Positions 36,210 through 45,969 of a stretch of DNA of 64,000 nt are shown in pieces. A model generated the notes under the pieces. The model was not told the DNA's origin. It ran no database searches and saw only the letters and a list, made by a program, of their open reading frames with translations. A program made the position numbers and the translations under genes. The first letter of the stretch is position 1. Each line of letters starts with the position of its first letter. Source of the stretch: an uncultured Pseudomonadota bacterium (lineage in GTDB: Bacteria; Babelota; Babeliae; Babelales; CAIQNR01); NCBI GenBank assembly GCA_964433415.1, contig CAYSQM010000007.1:4291-68290 (forward strand). The letters run 5' to 3'.

Positions 36210-37592
36210 GTGTTAGTCTTAATTTGGCAAGATTTTTTAACTATAGCAAAAGATGAAGCAGGGAGCCGTGTTGTTGAAACATGGCTTAAGGCTGTATCTT
36301 TGTATCGTTGGGACCAAGATACTCAAACAGTGTATGTAGAAGCTCCTAATGCATTTGTAAAAGAATGGATTCAGTTGCGTTATCAACAATTATTTGAAGT
36401 GCATCTGGGGCGATTATTACATGCCGATAATTTAAAAGTCATATTTTTTGCTAAATCTGAACAAAAAAATAATAAACCAGTTGATCTTCTTCCTACTATG
36501 CGCAAACAGATAGTTCCTGCTTTAGTTAAAAATTCATTAGTACGACGAGCGGCAAATTATACTAATGGTGGTTTGAACCCAATTTATTGTTTTGATAATT
36601 TTGTAGTTGGTTCAAGTAATTCATTATCATATGCAGCAGCGGTTGCCGTTGCACAAGATCCTGGTAAATTATATAATCCATTATTTATTTATGGAGGATC
36701 TGGTCTTGGTAAAACGCATCTGATGCATGCTATTGGTAATGAAATTCATAAGAAAAATCCAAGTGCTCATATTTTATATCAGACAACTGATTGTTTTGTA
36801 AATGAGTTTATTAATGCGATTCGCTTTAATAAAATGCATGCTTTTCAGCAAAAATATAGAGCTTTAGATCTTTTACTCTTAGATGATATTCAATTTATTT
36901 CAAACAAAGAGCAGACTCAAGAGGCATTTTTTCATATTTTTAATGTTCTTCATGATGCTCAAAAACAGATTGTTTTTACCAGTGATCTTTTTCCAAGGCA
37001 AATTCAAGGTCTTGCAGAACGTTTGCGTTCTCGTCTTGAGTGGGGATTGTCTACTGATATTCAAAAGCCTCAGTTAGAAACAAAAATTGCTATTCTTAAA
37101 AAGAAAGCTGCACAGCATGGTGAAACATTAGATGATGATATTGCAGAATATATTGCGCATTATGTGCATTCCAATGTGCGTGAGCTGGAAGGCTCATTAG
37201 TTCGTATTTTTGCATTTTCTTCACTTACTCGGCAATTAATGTCATTAGAACTTGCAAAATCTGTTTTGGGAGATAGTTGTGTTCCTGATAAAATAGTAGA
37301 AAAAGTTGATTTTAATAAAATCACTATGCAGGTCTGTAAGCTCTATTCATACACTTTATCTGAACTTCGCTCTACCAACAGAGCAAAAGAATTGTCTTTC
37401 GTACGTCAAATTGCTATGTATTTAATGAAAAAGATGACAAACAGATCTCTGCGCGAAATTGGATCCTATTTGAGGAGAAAAGATCATTCAACTGTAATTC
37501 ATGCATTTGAGAGAGTAAAAGAAACCATTCAAAGTGATGAGGTATTGCGGTTGAGAATCAAATCATTAGAGGAAAATATTTTGCGGCAGTAG
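36210..37592 (+). CDS. dnaA: Chromosomal replication initiator protein DnaA
   Basis: It has a GTG start, Walker A GGSGLGKTHLMHAIGN, Walker B LLLDDIQF and the C-terminal DnaA signature VRQIAMYLMKKMTNRSLREIGSYLRRKDHSTVIHAFERV. Confidence 0.95.
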   Translation: MLVLIWQDFLTIAKDEAGSRVVETWLKAVSLYRWDQDTQTVYVEAPNAFVKEWIQLRYQQLFEVHLGRLLHADNLKVIFFAKSEQKNNKPVDLLPTMRKQIVPALVKNSLVRRAANYTNGGLNPIYCFDNFVVGSSNSLSYAAAVAVAQDPGKLYNPLFIYGGSGLGKTHLMHAIGNEIHKKNPSAHILYQTTDCFVNEFINAIRFNKMHAFQQKYRALDLLLLDDIQFISNKEQTQEAFFHIFNVLHDAQKQIVFTSDLFPRQIQGLAERLRSRLEWGLSTDIQKPQLETKIAILKKKAAQHGETLDDDIAEYIAHYVHSNVRELEGSLVRIFAFSSLTRQLMSLELAKSVLGDSCVPDKIVEKVDFNKITMQVCKLYSYTLSELRSTNRAKELSFVRQIAMYLMKKMTNRSLREIGSYLRRKDHSTVIHAFERVKETIQSDEVLRLRIKSLEENILRQ

Positions 37593-37614
37593 TTAAGAAA
37601 GATAAGGAATTGAG

Positions 37615-38169
37615 ATGAAAAAAAAGTCTTTACTTATTGCCTTATGCATTGCCTTTGTAGCATGCAGCGAAAGCAAAATTTCTTTACCCAAAAATTTTAA
37701 AAATACCAACTCTAAACTTACTAATCAATCTATTAAAAATAGTGTAAATAATTTAATTTTTGATGATAATCTTGAAAATTTTCTTTTGGCAATGGTCTCA
37801 GATCAAGATGAAAAAGTTGAATTCAGAGGGTATTATAGTAAGTTTTTAAGGAAGCAAAATCGTCGTCATAGAGTAAGAAAGCGTAGATGTTTACAATCGT
37901 TGCGAGCTAAAGCTTTAAATGATATTGAAGTAAGAACTCCTGAACTTTATACTCAACTAGAGCCATATTTAATCGACCTTGATGAGTCTCCAAGTTGTCG
38001 TACTCAACGTTTATTTTTAACTCGTTATGCATTATTTGAAGAATTTAAAGAAAAACAAGCTATGAAGCAACTTAGTGTATGGGGAAAAACAAAACGATAT
38101 GCTAAAAATGCAGTGTCACGTGTTGGCCGCTTTGGAAAGCGTGTGGCAGATAGATTTATTGAAGGGTAG
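37615..38169 (+). CDS. Hypothetical lipoprotein with a basic RKQNRRHRVRKRR patch
   Basis: It has a GGAA-type Shine-Dalgarno and a lipobox (IAFVAC). It lies 22 nt after dnaA, where dnaN usually sits. Confidence 0.6.
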   Translation: MKKKSLLIALCIAFVACSESKISLPKNFKNTNSKLTNQSIKNSVNNLIFDDNLENFLLAMVSDQDEKVEFRGYYSKFLRKQNRRHRVRKRRCLQSLRAKALNDIEVRTPELYTQLEPYLIDLDESPSCRTQRLFLTRYALFEEFKEKQAMKQLSVWGKTKRYAKNAVSRVGRFGKRVADRFIEG

Positions 38170-38175
38170 TAAATA

Positions 38176-38203
38176 ATAAAGGACATTAAATAATGTCCTT
38201 TAT
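38176..38203. terminator. Bidirectional terminator hairpin
   Basis: The stem ataaaggacatt/aatgtcctttat encloses a 4-nt loop between convergent genes. Confidence 0.7.
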
Positions 38204-38241
38204 TATTACACCTTTTTAGAGAGAGGTAGTTATTTTTTAAC

Positions 38242-40596
38242 TTAGAGTTCGCGAGTTGTATCACCTTTAGCTTCATTTTCTTTATTGAATTCAGCTATTT
38301 CTTTGTCTTTTTGTATTTTATCTTGTTCTTTTTGGTATTCTTCTTCGCGTGCTTTTTCAAGATCTGAATCTTTTTCGTAACGCTCAGTTGGAATATTTTC
38401 TGCAGGAATTACTGTAGAAGTAGCATCACCAGTAGTTGGATCTATTTCAGTATGAATAGTTTCAGCTTGACCAGTTTCTGAATTAATAATTAATGGATCA
38501 ATAGTTATAGATCCACCAGTTGATCCTGCATTAGGAATAGAGGGGGCATGCTCAGCTATACGTCTATTTTCTGCTATTTCAAACTTTTCTTTTGCGTCAG
38601 TAAGATCAAGTTGAATAGTAGTAGATATTTCTAATTCAGCAGCTTTTATATCTTCTTCAATTCCATTAATATCTTCAGATGTTCGAGCTGCGGTAATTCT
38701 TTCTGTTAATAAATAATTTTGATATACACTAAGTTGATCTTGCGCTCCTTCTAGTTGAGATAATTTAGTACTAATATCTTTTTGCATTTTAAATGATAAA
38801 GTTTTAAATATTTCTGAATAAATATTATCTGATACGGTACTTAGTAAGGTAACTTGATCTTCCAATCCAATATTTTTAAATTTAGCAGAAACTTCATCAA
38901 GAATATTTGTTATAAATTCATTAATATTAGTTATAATAATTTGGCTATCTTGAATTATTAATCCATATTCTTTTGCTTTTTTAATAATTAAATCTTGATC
39001 TGTTTTTGGTAATGATAAAAATTCTTCTAATTGTTCTTTATATTCAATTAATTCAGCAATATTAAAAGTATCATTAGTTGGATTTTGGCTAAGTGCTTTA
39101 CTAAGTAATCTGCTTCTTATTATTAATTCACCAAACGAAGAAAGCCCACCAATATTTTCTGCTTGTAGTGCTAAATCAATAAGTATATCGTCTGCAATAA
39201 ATTCTTCTTGTTCTTGTTGTGCAATTTTTGCAGCTCTTTCTTCTAATGCTTTTTCTAATTTTAATTTTGTAATTGTTGCATCTTCTGATTTTTTGGTAAT
39301 ATTTTCTAGTTTTTTTTGTAAATCAGCAATTTGTGTTGGTAATGTTGCCAAACTTATAGTTTCTAGTATATATTCTTTTAAAATTTCCCGTTCAGATTCG
39401 GTAAGTGTTTCAGGATCTTTAGCAAATAAAGTTCCATCATCTAATGCTTCATAAAGATCAAATTTAATCATGATCTGTTCATTGGGAGAAAGTGTTGTAT
39501 ACCAATCAACTACTGATATTCCAGACCCATTATCATTTTTTTTATCATATTCTGAAAGTAGTGCTAATTTTTCTTGTAATGTTCTGCGGATTTCTTCATT
39601 TTTTACCATAGTTAGAGTAGGAAAAAAATCTATAGTTGAACTAGTCAACTTATATTTATTAATTGCATTATAAAGTGCGCTTAATTCTTTACTTGATAAA
39701 TCTAAAATAAAAAGGGGTGATAATGTTGAACCATTATTAGACTCTATATATTTTTTTACTGCATTAAAAAGTGTTAAACTATCTTCATTGTTTAATTCTC
39801 TTATTAATTTAGCCCCTTTAAGTCGATCAATTTGATTTAATGCTTCAAGTTTTGATTGGCTTAACGAACTAACATAATTCATTTGATCGCGTTCAGCGGC
39901 TTCTTTTAGTGATTTTAGTTGCCCATCACGTAATGTATTAGTAAAGCCAGATGAAACAGTTTTATAGGTGAATCCTAAAGAGTCAGATGCTTTAAGCTTA
40001 TTAGAGTTTATAGTGTAATTGTAAAATTTTCCTTTTTCATCTTTGTAAATTATATATTTACCTTTTATCATTACACTAAAAGTGTTGTCTTTTGTAATTA
40101 ATTTATCAATTACAATAGTTGATCTAGATATATCATCCTTCATTTTTGATGGGCTTAAGATCATTCTTGTTAAAAAATCTCCCAAAGATTCGGTTAGTTC
40201 TTTTTTATTAGCTATTTTAGAAGAGTCAAAATTAGGAATACTAATACTTGAAAAGAAATACATGTTACTATCATTTTTAACTTGTATACCACCCATCTTA
40301 GTAGCACTATTCAAATTAGGTATATCAAATACAATTGGATTTAATATTGTATGACCTATAACCTTGAAGCCAAAAGGTTCTTGATTCATTTTTATTGTAT
40401 CCTTTGAACTACGAGTAGCTAAAGGAGTTCCTCCTAATTCTGCTAATGTTACATCATCAATTGGATTTTTTGGAAAAAAAATTTGTTGGGCAGGATTTAA
40501 TTGTGAACCTGTACTAGGATTAACTGGTGGTGCAAAAATGATTGAGCTTAAAAAAAATAATGGAATAGCCCCTAAAATTATTTTTAGTATTTTCAT
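38242..40596 (-). CDS. Large secreted coiled-coil-rich hypothetical protein (784 aa)
   Basis: It has a signal peptide (ILGAIPLFFLSSIIFA), long heptad-like E/K/L/I/Q-rich stretches and an acidic/lysine-rich C-terminus. Confidence 0.6.
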   Translation of the reverse strand: MKILKIILGAIPLFFLSSIIFAPPVNPSTGSQLNPAQQIFFPKNPIDDVTLAELGGTPLATRSSKDTIKMNQEPFGFKVIGHTILNPIVFDIPNLNSATKMGGIQVKNDSNMYFFSSISIPNFDSSKIANKKELTESLGDFLTRMILSPSKMKDDISRSTIVIDKLITKDNTFSVMIKGKYIIYKDEKGKFYNYTINSNKLKASDSLGFTYKTVSSGFTNTLRDGQLKSLKEAAERDQMNYVSSLSQSKLEALNQIDRLKGAKLIRELNNEDSLTLFNAVKKYIESNNGSTLSPLFILDLSSKELSALYNAINKYKLTSSTIDFFPTLTMVKNEEIRRTLQEKLALLSEYDKKNDNGSGISVVDWYTTLSPNEQIMIKFDLYEALDDGTLFAKDPETLTESEREILKEYILETISLATLPTQIADLQKKLENITKKSEDATITKLKLEKALEERAAKIAQQEQEEFIADDILIDLALQAENIGGLSSFGELIIRSRLLSKALSQNPTNDTFNIAELIEYKEQLEEFLSLPKTDQDLIIKKAKEYGLIIQDSQIIITNINEFITNILDEVSAKFKNIGLEDQVTLLSTVSDNIYSEIFKTLSFKMQKDISTKLSQLEGAQDQLSVYQNYLLTERITAARTSEDINGIEEDIKAAELEISTTIQLDLTDAKEKFEIAENRRIAEHAPSIPNAGSTGGSITIDPLIINSETGQAETIHTEIDPTTGDATSTVIPAENIPTERYEKDSDLEKAREEEYQKEQDKIQKDKEIAEFNKENEAKGDTTREL

Positions 40597-40748
40597 TAGT
40601 ATAACCTCTCATTTTTGTTTTAAATTAATACTATTAATTAGCAATTGATTTATTTCTTACTTTTCATACTAACAATAAATATTTCTATTTTGCTATAATT
40701 TTAAATAATTAAGCTTAAAACTTAACTTAATAGGTTTAAGAGATTAGA

Positions 40749-41801
40749 TTATGGTAAAGAAAATGGTGGTTTAGGGTTTGTTTGTAATGCTATCCTCTCT
40801 GACTTTGTTCTAAAAAAACTATCTTTTAAATACTTGAATACAAGATGGAGATACCATGAAGTATAAGTGGTAATGCGTGGTCGTTCTTTAAAGCCGACCA
40901 AAGAGGGAAAATGTTCAGTATCAATAATGATAATTTTCCCGGTTTCTTTTTCTACCATAAAATTATTAATATGTGGATCAATACGGCATAAGAGAAAGTT
41001 ACTTAAGTCCATTGCAGTATGTCGATCTTCTGAATTGAAAAACTCAAATGTACGTTCTTCATCAATTGCTTGTGCAACTATTGCATAAATACTTGGCATT
41101 TGGAGGGTTATTTTTTTATGTCCGCCAATGTTATAGCCGGTTAATTGAATTGTTTTTTGTTTTTTTGGAAGCCAAAACCATTTCTCTGGAACATCAACAC
41201 GATCAGCCCAATGATAATTTTTCAAAAGACGCTTTTTAATTGCCTTAGCATTTTTTATGCGAGTAAAGCCAACAAGATGTCTTGTAGATCCACCACCTAT
41301 TACAAAAAAACAGGCAGGTTCAAAACCTTTATTATAAGGTCTAATAAAACTACGGGGTGTTTCCATAAAAAGCTTTACTACAAAAGGGTATTTTTTACTT
41401 TTAACAATTAAAAGACCAGCCTTCTTTTTGGTATTTAAATCACGATTTTTTAATATTATAAAATCTTTATAAATTGTTTTTCCTTCTAAAACTTCTTTTA
41501 AAAGATTTTCTATAAGGTTGCTTAAGACTTTAGTATCAACTGATTTTTTAGGGTTATTACGGTATGCAATAGGAGTTAAAGGAAGTAAATTATTTTGGAT
41601 ATGTTCTTTATCATAGAGCTTGAAAAGTGGAAATAATTCAAGGTGAGAGTCTCTAAAAGTATATAGTTTTGCATCGTCAGTCCATTGTGTTGTTATGTAT
41701 GGAACTGTTGGGTCGATCTTTCTTAAAGCGCTTCTTGTATAAATAGAATCTGAAATAAAAACTATTATTAAAAATATAATAAACTGATTTCGATTTTGCA
41801 T
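40749..41801 (-). CDS. Protein-kinase-like-fold protein (APH/LPS-kinase-like motifs) with an N-terminal signal or anchor
   Basis: The N-terminal hydrophobic segment is FIIFLIIVFISDSIY. YPFVVKLFME is a candidate VxK lysine, and CRIDPHINNFMVEKETGKIIIIDTEHF resembles the D-x-H-x-x-N catalytic loop plus the IDxE metal-binding motif. Confidence 0.4.
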   Translation of the reverse strand: MQNRNQFIIFLIIVFISDSIYTRSALRKIDPTVPYITTQWTDDAKLYTFRDSHLELFPLFKLYDKEHIQNNLLPLTPIAYRNNPKKSVDTKVLSNLIENLLKEVLEGKTIYKDFIILKNRDLNTKKKAGLLIVKSKKYPFVVKLFMETPRSFIRPYNKGFEPACFFVIGGGSTRHLVGFTRIKNAKAIKKRLLKNYHWADRVDVPEKWFWLPKKQKTIQLTGYNIGGHKKITLQMPSIYAIVAQAIDEERTFEFFNSEDRHTAMDLSNFLLCRIDPHINNFMVEKETGKIIIIDTEHFPSLVGFKERPRITTYTSWYLHLVFKYLKDSFFRTKSERIALQTNPKPPFSLP

Positions 41802-41957
41802 GATATGTCCTTGATTATAAATAATAGCTTCAAATGTTTTTAGCGTATAAAGAAGATAAAATAAAGTAAATAATCAAAAATATTGATTTTATTAAGAATA
41901 AATACGTATTTTTAAAGCTTGATAACCATTGTGTAATTCATTAGAAAAGAGGTAATT

Positions 41958-42485
41958 ATGGAAGATTATGAAAAGCAAGAGCGAGCATTATTACAATGTT
42001 TAATTACTATACCTAAAAAAATGATGTTTGTGCATGGCATAGAAAACAGTGCTGAATTTCTTTTGCATTCATTATGTGCATCAGGATGTTTGAATTTCTC
42101 TAAGGCTGCGTTTTTAGTTGATAATGCTGATTTTGATCAATTAAAAGGTATTGCAGGGTTTGTTTATAATGAAGCATATCAAGGGGATAAAGATCATTGG
42201 TATGAACCAGAAAATTTTACTAAACATATGGGGTCATCACTTTTTAATCAAAAGGTTCGTTCACTGAATCACAAAAGCGTAAAAAAAGCAGGGCAAGGTC
42301 ATACTGAGTCAGTAAAGGCGCTTGCACAAGAATTATCGTTTTCAAATCCTCTTCATGCATCATGGCCTATGAAGTATGATAATCATGGCTTATTGCTTTT
42401 TGAAGTGGATGAAAGTTCAAAGCATTTTTATCAAGACTATCTAGAAAACATTATTCATCTTTTTGGATTTTGTCCTGTTTTTTAA
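41958..42485 (+). CDS. Hypothetical cytoplasmic protein (175 aa), possibly GAF-like
   Basis: It has an AGAGG Shine-Dalgarno and no signal peptide. The fold guess rests only on length and pattern. Confidence 0.4.
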   Translation: MEDYEKQERALLQCLITIPKKMMFVHGIENSAEFLLHSLCASGCLNFSKAAFLVDNADFDQLKGIAGFVYNEAYQGDKDHWYEPENFTKHMGSSLFNQKVRSLNHKSVKKAGQGHTESVKALAQELSFSNPLHASWPMKYDNHGLLLFEVDESSKHFYQDYLENIIHLFGFCPVF

Positions 42486-42583
42486 ATAAATAATAATTTT
42501 TATTAAATAATGTTGCAAACAGTAATTTTTGTTTGTTATTATTCGGATAAGAGAGATTAACGAACAGTCTATGGGGGTGGGTT

Positions 42584-42748
42584 ATGAAAAAACTATTGAT
42601 TTTGGTGGTTATATTTATAGTATGTGATCGATTTATTAATTATAAAATAGATCAAATACGCACTCACATGCATGTCTGCAGAAATGAAAAACAAAAAACA
42701 TTAGAAAAATCTTTTAGTAAAGATCGAAATTTAGTTAAAATAAGTTAA
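42584..42748 (+). CDS. Unlisted 54-codon ORF, a putative small lipoprotein
   Basis: A GGGGGTGGG Shine-Dalgarno-like run lies 3 nt upstream of the ATG. The ORF reads MKKLLILVVIFIVC|DRF... (lipobox-like). It falls below the track's size cut-off and overlaps the pgk 3' end by 18 nt, convergently. Confidence 0.35.
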   Translation: MKKLLILVVIFIVCDRFINYKIDQIRTHMHVCRNEKQKTLEKSFSKDRNLVKIS

Positions 42749-43939
42749 TCCAATTAATTTTTTTCCTGCTAAATATTCAAGAGTTGCTCCACCACCTGTT
42801 GAAAAGCATTCAGGATGGTTAAGCACAAAATTATTTAATCCAAGTTTTATAAAAGATGCACGTGAATCGCTTCCTGCAAAGAGTTTTATTGCGGGACTTG
42901 CTATTAAGAGTTTGTAGAGTTCTTGTAGTTCTTGCGTGGTATCAGCATAATTGATATTACCAAAGGGCCCATTGAAAAATATCATTTCAGAGCGAGAAAT
43001 AATTGTGGTTAAGGCATCAATAGTTGCCGGGCCTACAGATATTCCAGTTAGTTTATCCATATTTTTTGATTCAAAATCTTTAATAATGTGTGTAGCAATT
43101 GGATCATTAAAAGTACCTTTTGTTACGCGATAATCTAAAGGCATAATAAGTTTTGTAGTTGATTTTTGCGCAAGATTTATAATTTCTTTTGCCATAGTTA
43201 CTAATGATTCTTCAACTAATGAGTTGCCAATCTTTTTATCTAATGCTTTTAAAAAAGTAAATACAAGAGCAGGTAATATAATTATATTATCTGCCTTGCC
43301 TAATAAATTTTTAATTAAAGGGAGTTTTGTTTTTAGTTTGTTTCCACCAAGAATGAAGGTGAGAGGATGCTTAATGGTAGCTGTGAATTTTGCTAAAACA
43401 TGAAGTTCTTGTTCAACTAGAAAGCCAATAGTGCGTTTTGTTATTTCAAAAAGTGCAGGGAGAGTGGTCATGGAAGTATCTGCGCGATGTAATGTGCCAA
43501 AAGCATCTTGAACAAAATAATCTCCAAGGGTTGCTAGTGATTTTGCAAATACAGCATCTTGTGTTTTTTCTTGAGAAAAAAATCTTATATTTTCAATAAT
43601 AATTATATCATGAATGGTGTCATGTTTTTTGATAGAAAGTGCTTCTTCTGGAGTATATGCAAAGCGTGGGCTAAAACCTTTATTAAAAAGCCAAGGTAAG
43701 AAATGTTCTGTTGAATAAATAGTTTCATTGTTTTTTGGTTCTCCCCAATGAGTAATTACTACTATTTTTGCACCTTGTTCTTGAATATATTTTAATGTAG
43801 GTAGTGATACAGTAAGTTTAGTGTCATCTAAAATCTGATGGGTAGAGCCTTCGGTTAACTTTATAGGTACGTTCCAATCTGTACGCACCAAAACAGTTTT
43901 TCCTTTAAGGTTATATTCTTTCAAATTTGATTTTAACAT
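42731..43939 (-). CDS. pgk: Phosphoglycerate kinase
   Basis: It has VLVRTDWNVPI...ILDDTKLTVSLPTLKYI and the C-terminus STGGGATLEYLAGKKL. Its length is 402 aa. Confidence 0.93.
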   Translation of the reverse strand: MLKSNLKEYNLKGKTVLVRTDWNVPIKLTEGSTHQILDDTKLTVSLPTLKYIQEQGAKIVVITHWGEPKNNETIYSTEHFLPWLFNKGFSPRFAYTPEEALSIKKHDTIHDIIIIENIRFFSQEKTQDAVFAKSLATLGDYFVQDAFGTLHRADTSMTTLPALFEITKRTIGFLVEQELHVLAKFTATIKHPLTFILGGNKLKTKLPLIKNLLGKADNIIILPALVFTFLKALDKKIGNSLVEESLVTMAKEIINLAQKSTTKLIMPLDYRVTKGTFNDPIATHIIKDFESKNMDKLTGISVGPATIDALTTIISRSEMIFFNGPFGNINYADTTQELQELYKLLIASPAIKLFAGSDSRASFIKLGLNNFVLNHPECFSTGGGATLEYLAGKKLIGLTYFN

Positions 43940-43963
43940 GTTCTTCTTTCTTGCTCTTCCTAA

Positions 43964-45193
43964 TTATCCATCAAAACGTAAAGTATTAGTTATAGAGATA
44001 CTTTGTGCTGTGCGTGCAGTCAAGAAGGTGATTATTAAACTAATTGATAGGGTGATAATAAGTACTATTCCTATGGTGACATAATTCATGCATATAGGGA
44101 GCGTAGATACGTAGTAAGAATCTGGAAGATGAATAAAAGGATAAGTTTGGAGAACCCATCCTATGGCATAGGCGCCAATAAGTCCGCATAAAGTAGCGAA
44201 TAAAGTAATAAAAAATCCCATAAAAACAAAGATATTAATGATAGATTTTTTTGACATTCCTAGTGTTTGAAGAAGTGCTATATCAGTACGTTTATGGGTA
44301 ATTTGTATAAAGAGCAGTGCAATAAGATTGGTGGTAGCAATAAGAACAATAAGAGCTAATAAAAAAAACATTACATATTTTTCAAGCTTTGCAGCCGATA
44401 CTAATGCCGGGTATAAAGTTTTCCATGAATTAACTTCTGTTTTAAAATCCTTTTCAAGCGTTTGTGCAAATTCTGTTTCATTAATATGAGGGGATAGTCG
44501 TATCCCAATTTCAGTAACCAAGTCTTCACCGGTTATTGTTTTCATTAAGTCATGTGAACCAATTAAGAGATATTTGTCATATTGAATGATGCCGGTTTTT
44601 AAAATTTCTCCAACTGTAACTGTCATAGACTTAAAATTAAGATTTTTTGTGTCAAATTCATCTTCAGCGCTAAATAAAATTGTTATAGTGTCACCAATGC
44701 GTACGTCTAAGAAATCTGCAAGTGTTGTGCCAATAATCACCTTATTTTTTTCAAGTGCTGTAATAAGTGAATGAGAATAGAGTAATTTTTCTTGAAGACT
44801 AGAGACATTGTTTTCTTGTAGTGGATCAATTGCTTTAAAATAGACAGCCGATGCGGTGCTTGATCCACTTGATTGAATAACAATTCGTTTAGTATGGACA
44901 GGTGCGCAAGCTTGAATGGCGCCGGGATAGTTTTTGTTCAATAGATTTTTAATTGCATTAAATTCAAAAGAATTTTCTTGCGGTGCTTCAAGCATTAGTT
45001 GAGGATAAATACTTTGCATTTTTTGAGTTAATGCTTTATCAAAACCATCCATAATAAAAAGTTCAATAGTTAGACTGAGAGTGCTTATTGTTATGCCAAG
45101 AAAACAGACTTTTGTAAGAGTGCTAATGCTTGTATTGTTATATGATCCACGTATGTATCTCCATGCTAGGTATTGCGCAATTTTCAGACTCAT
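43964..45193 (-). CDS. Lipoprotein-releasing system permease (LolC/LolE, FtsX-like)
   Basis: It starts MSLKIAQYLAWRYIRG and has a large periplasmic loop between TM1 and TM2, followed by three C-terminal TMs. Confidence 0.85.
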   Translation of the reverse strand: MSLKIAQYLAWRYIRGSYNNTSISTLTKVCFLGITISTLSLTIELFIMDGFDKALTQKMQSIYPQLMLEAPQENSFEFNAIKNLLNKNYPGAIQACAPVHTKRIVIQSSGSSTASAVYFKAIDPLQENNVSSLQEKLLYSHSLITALEKNKVIIGTTLADFLDVRIGDTITILFSAEDEFDTKNLNFKSMTVTVGEILKTGIIQYDKYLLIGSHDLMKTITGEDLVTEIGIRLSPHINETEFAQTLEKDFKTEVNSWKTLYPALVSAAKLEKYVMFFLLALIVLIATTNLIALLFIQITHKRTDIALLQTLGMSKKSIINIFVFMGFFITLFATLCGLIGAYAIGWVLQTYPFIHLPDSYYVSTLPICMNYVTIGIVLIITLSISLIITFLTARTAQSISITNTLRFDG

Positions 45194-45267
45194 AGTATTA
45201 CCTTATAGATAGAGTTTTTTTGTAAGCTAAGAAATTTTATATAAGTTTATAGTAAAGAGGTACGAGT

Positions 45268-45969
45268 ATGAAGAAATTACGTAATTTAGTATTGTTTATT
45301 GGCCTTTCTATTCTTCCTGGTTGTGATGGTGGGGTGACAAATTGGGTTAATGATATTTTTGAACAAGGTAAGACGCATCAATTTGATAAAAAACTTGTTA
45401 ATAAATACTTAAAATCAGTCCGCGTGTATGATGAATTTAATACAGTAGCGCTTTTTGATGTTTTATGGCTCTCTAATGATATTCGTACTATTTATTCATT
45501 ATTGCATAGTGATATGAATGGGTCAGGCAGAGAAGCTTCTAATGCATTTTTGCGACGACAACTTAAAGCAAATGACCATTTTTTAACGTTTTATGTTTTG
45601 AGTGCTCATGATATTCCTTTAAATGCAACGCCAGCATTGTGGAATACTTATCTTAAAATAGGTGAAAAAACTTACACACCTTTAGAAATTAAAATAGTTG
45701 AAATAACGCCAGAATATAGAGCGATCTTTGGATCAGTTTTAACTAATCATAAACGTCCTTATGAAGTTAAGTTTGATAGGAAAGATGCCGATGGTAATGA
45801 AATTCTTTTTTCTGGAACTAAAATGATAAGTTTTAATCTTAGTTCCCCAACGCATTACGCTAAGGTTGAATTTTTAGTAGAAGGTGAATCGACGCGAGTT
45901 AAAGAGCTTGCAATAGAATTGGATGATAAAGTTCAAGGGGCTAGTCTTCAGGAAAAAAAGGGGGAATAA
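45268..45969 (+). CDS. Hypothetical lipoprotein (233 aa)
   Basis: It has a GAGG Shine-Dalgarno and a lipobox (SILPGC). Its stop overlaps the rpiB start (TAATG). Confidence 0.6.
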   Translation: MKKLRNLVLFIGLSILPGCDGGVTNWVNDIFEQGKTHQFDKKLVNKYLKSVRVYDEFNTVALFDVLWLSNDIRTIYSLLHSDMNGSGREASNAFLRRQLKANDHFLTFYVLSAHDIPLNATPALWNTYLKIGEKTYTPLEIKIVEITPEYRAIFGSVLTNHKRPYEVKFDRKDADGNEILFSGTKMISFNLSSPTHYAKVEFLVEGESTRVKELAIELDDKVQGASLQEKKGE

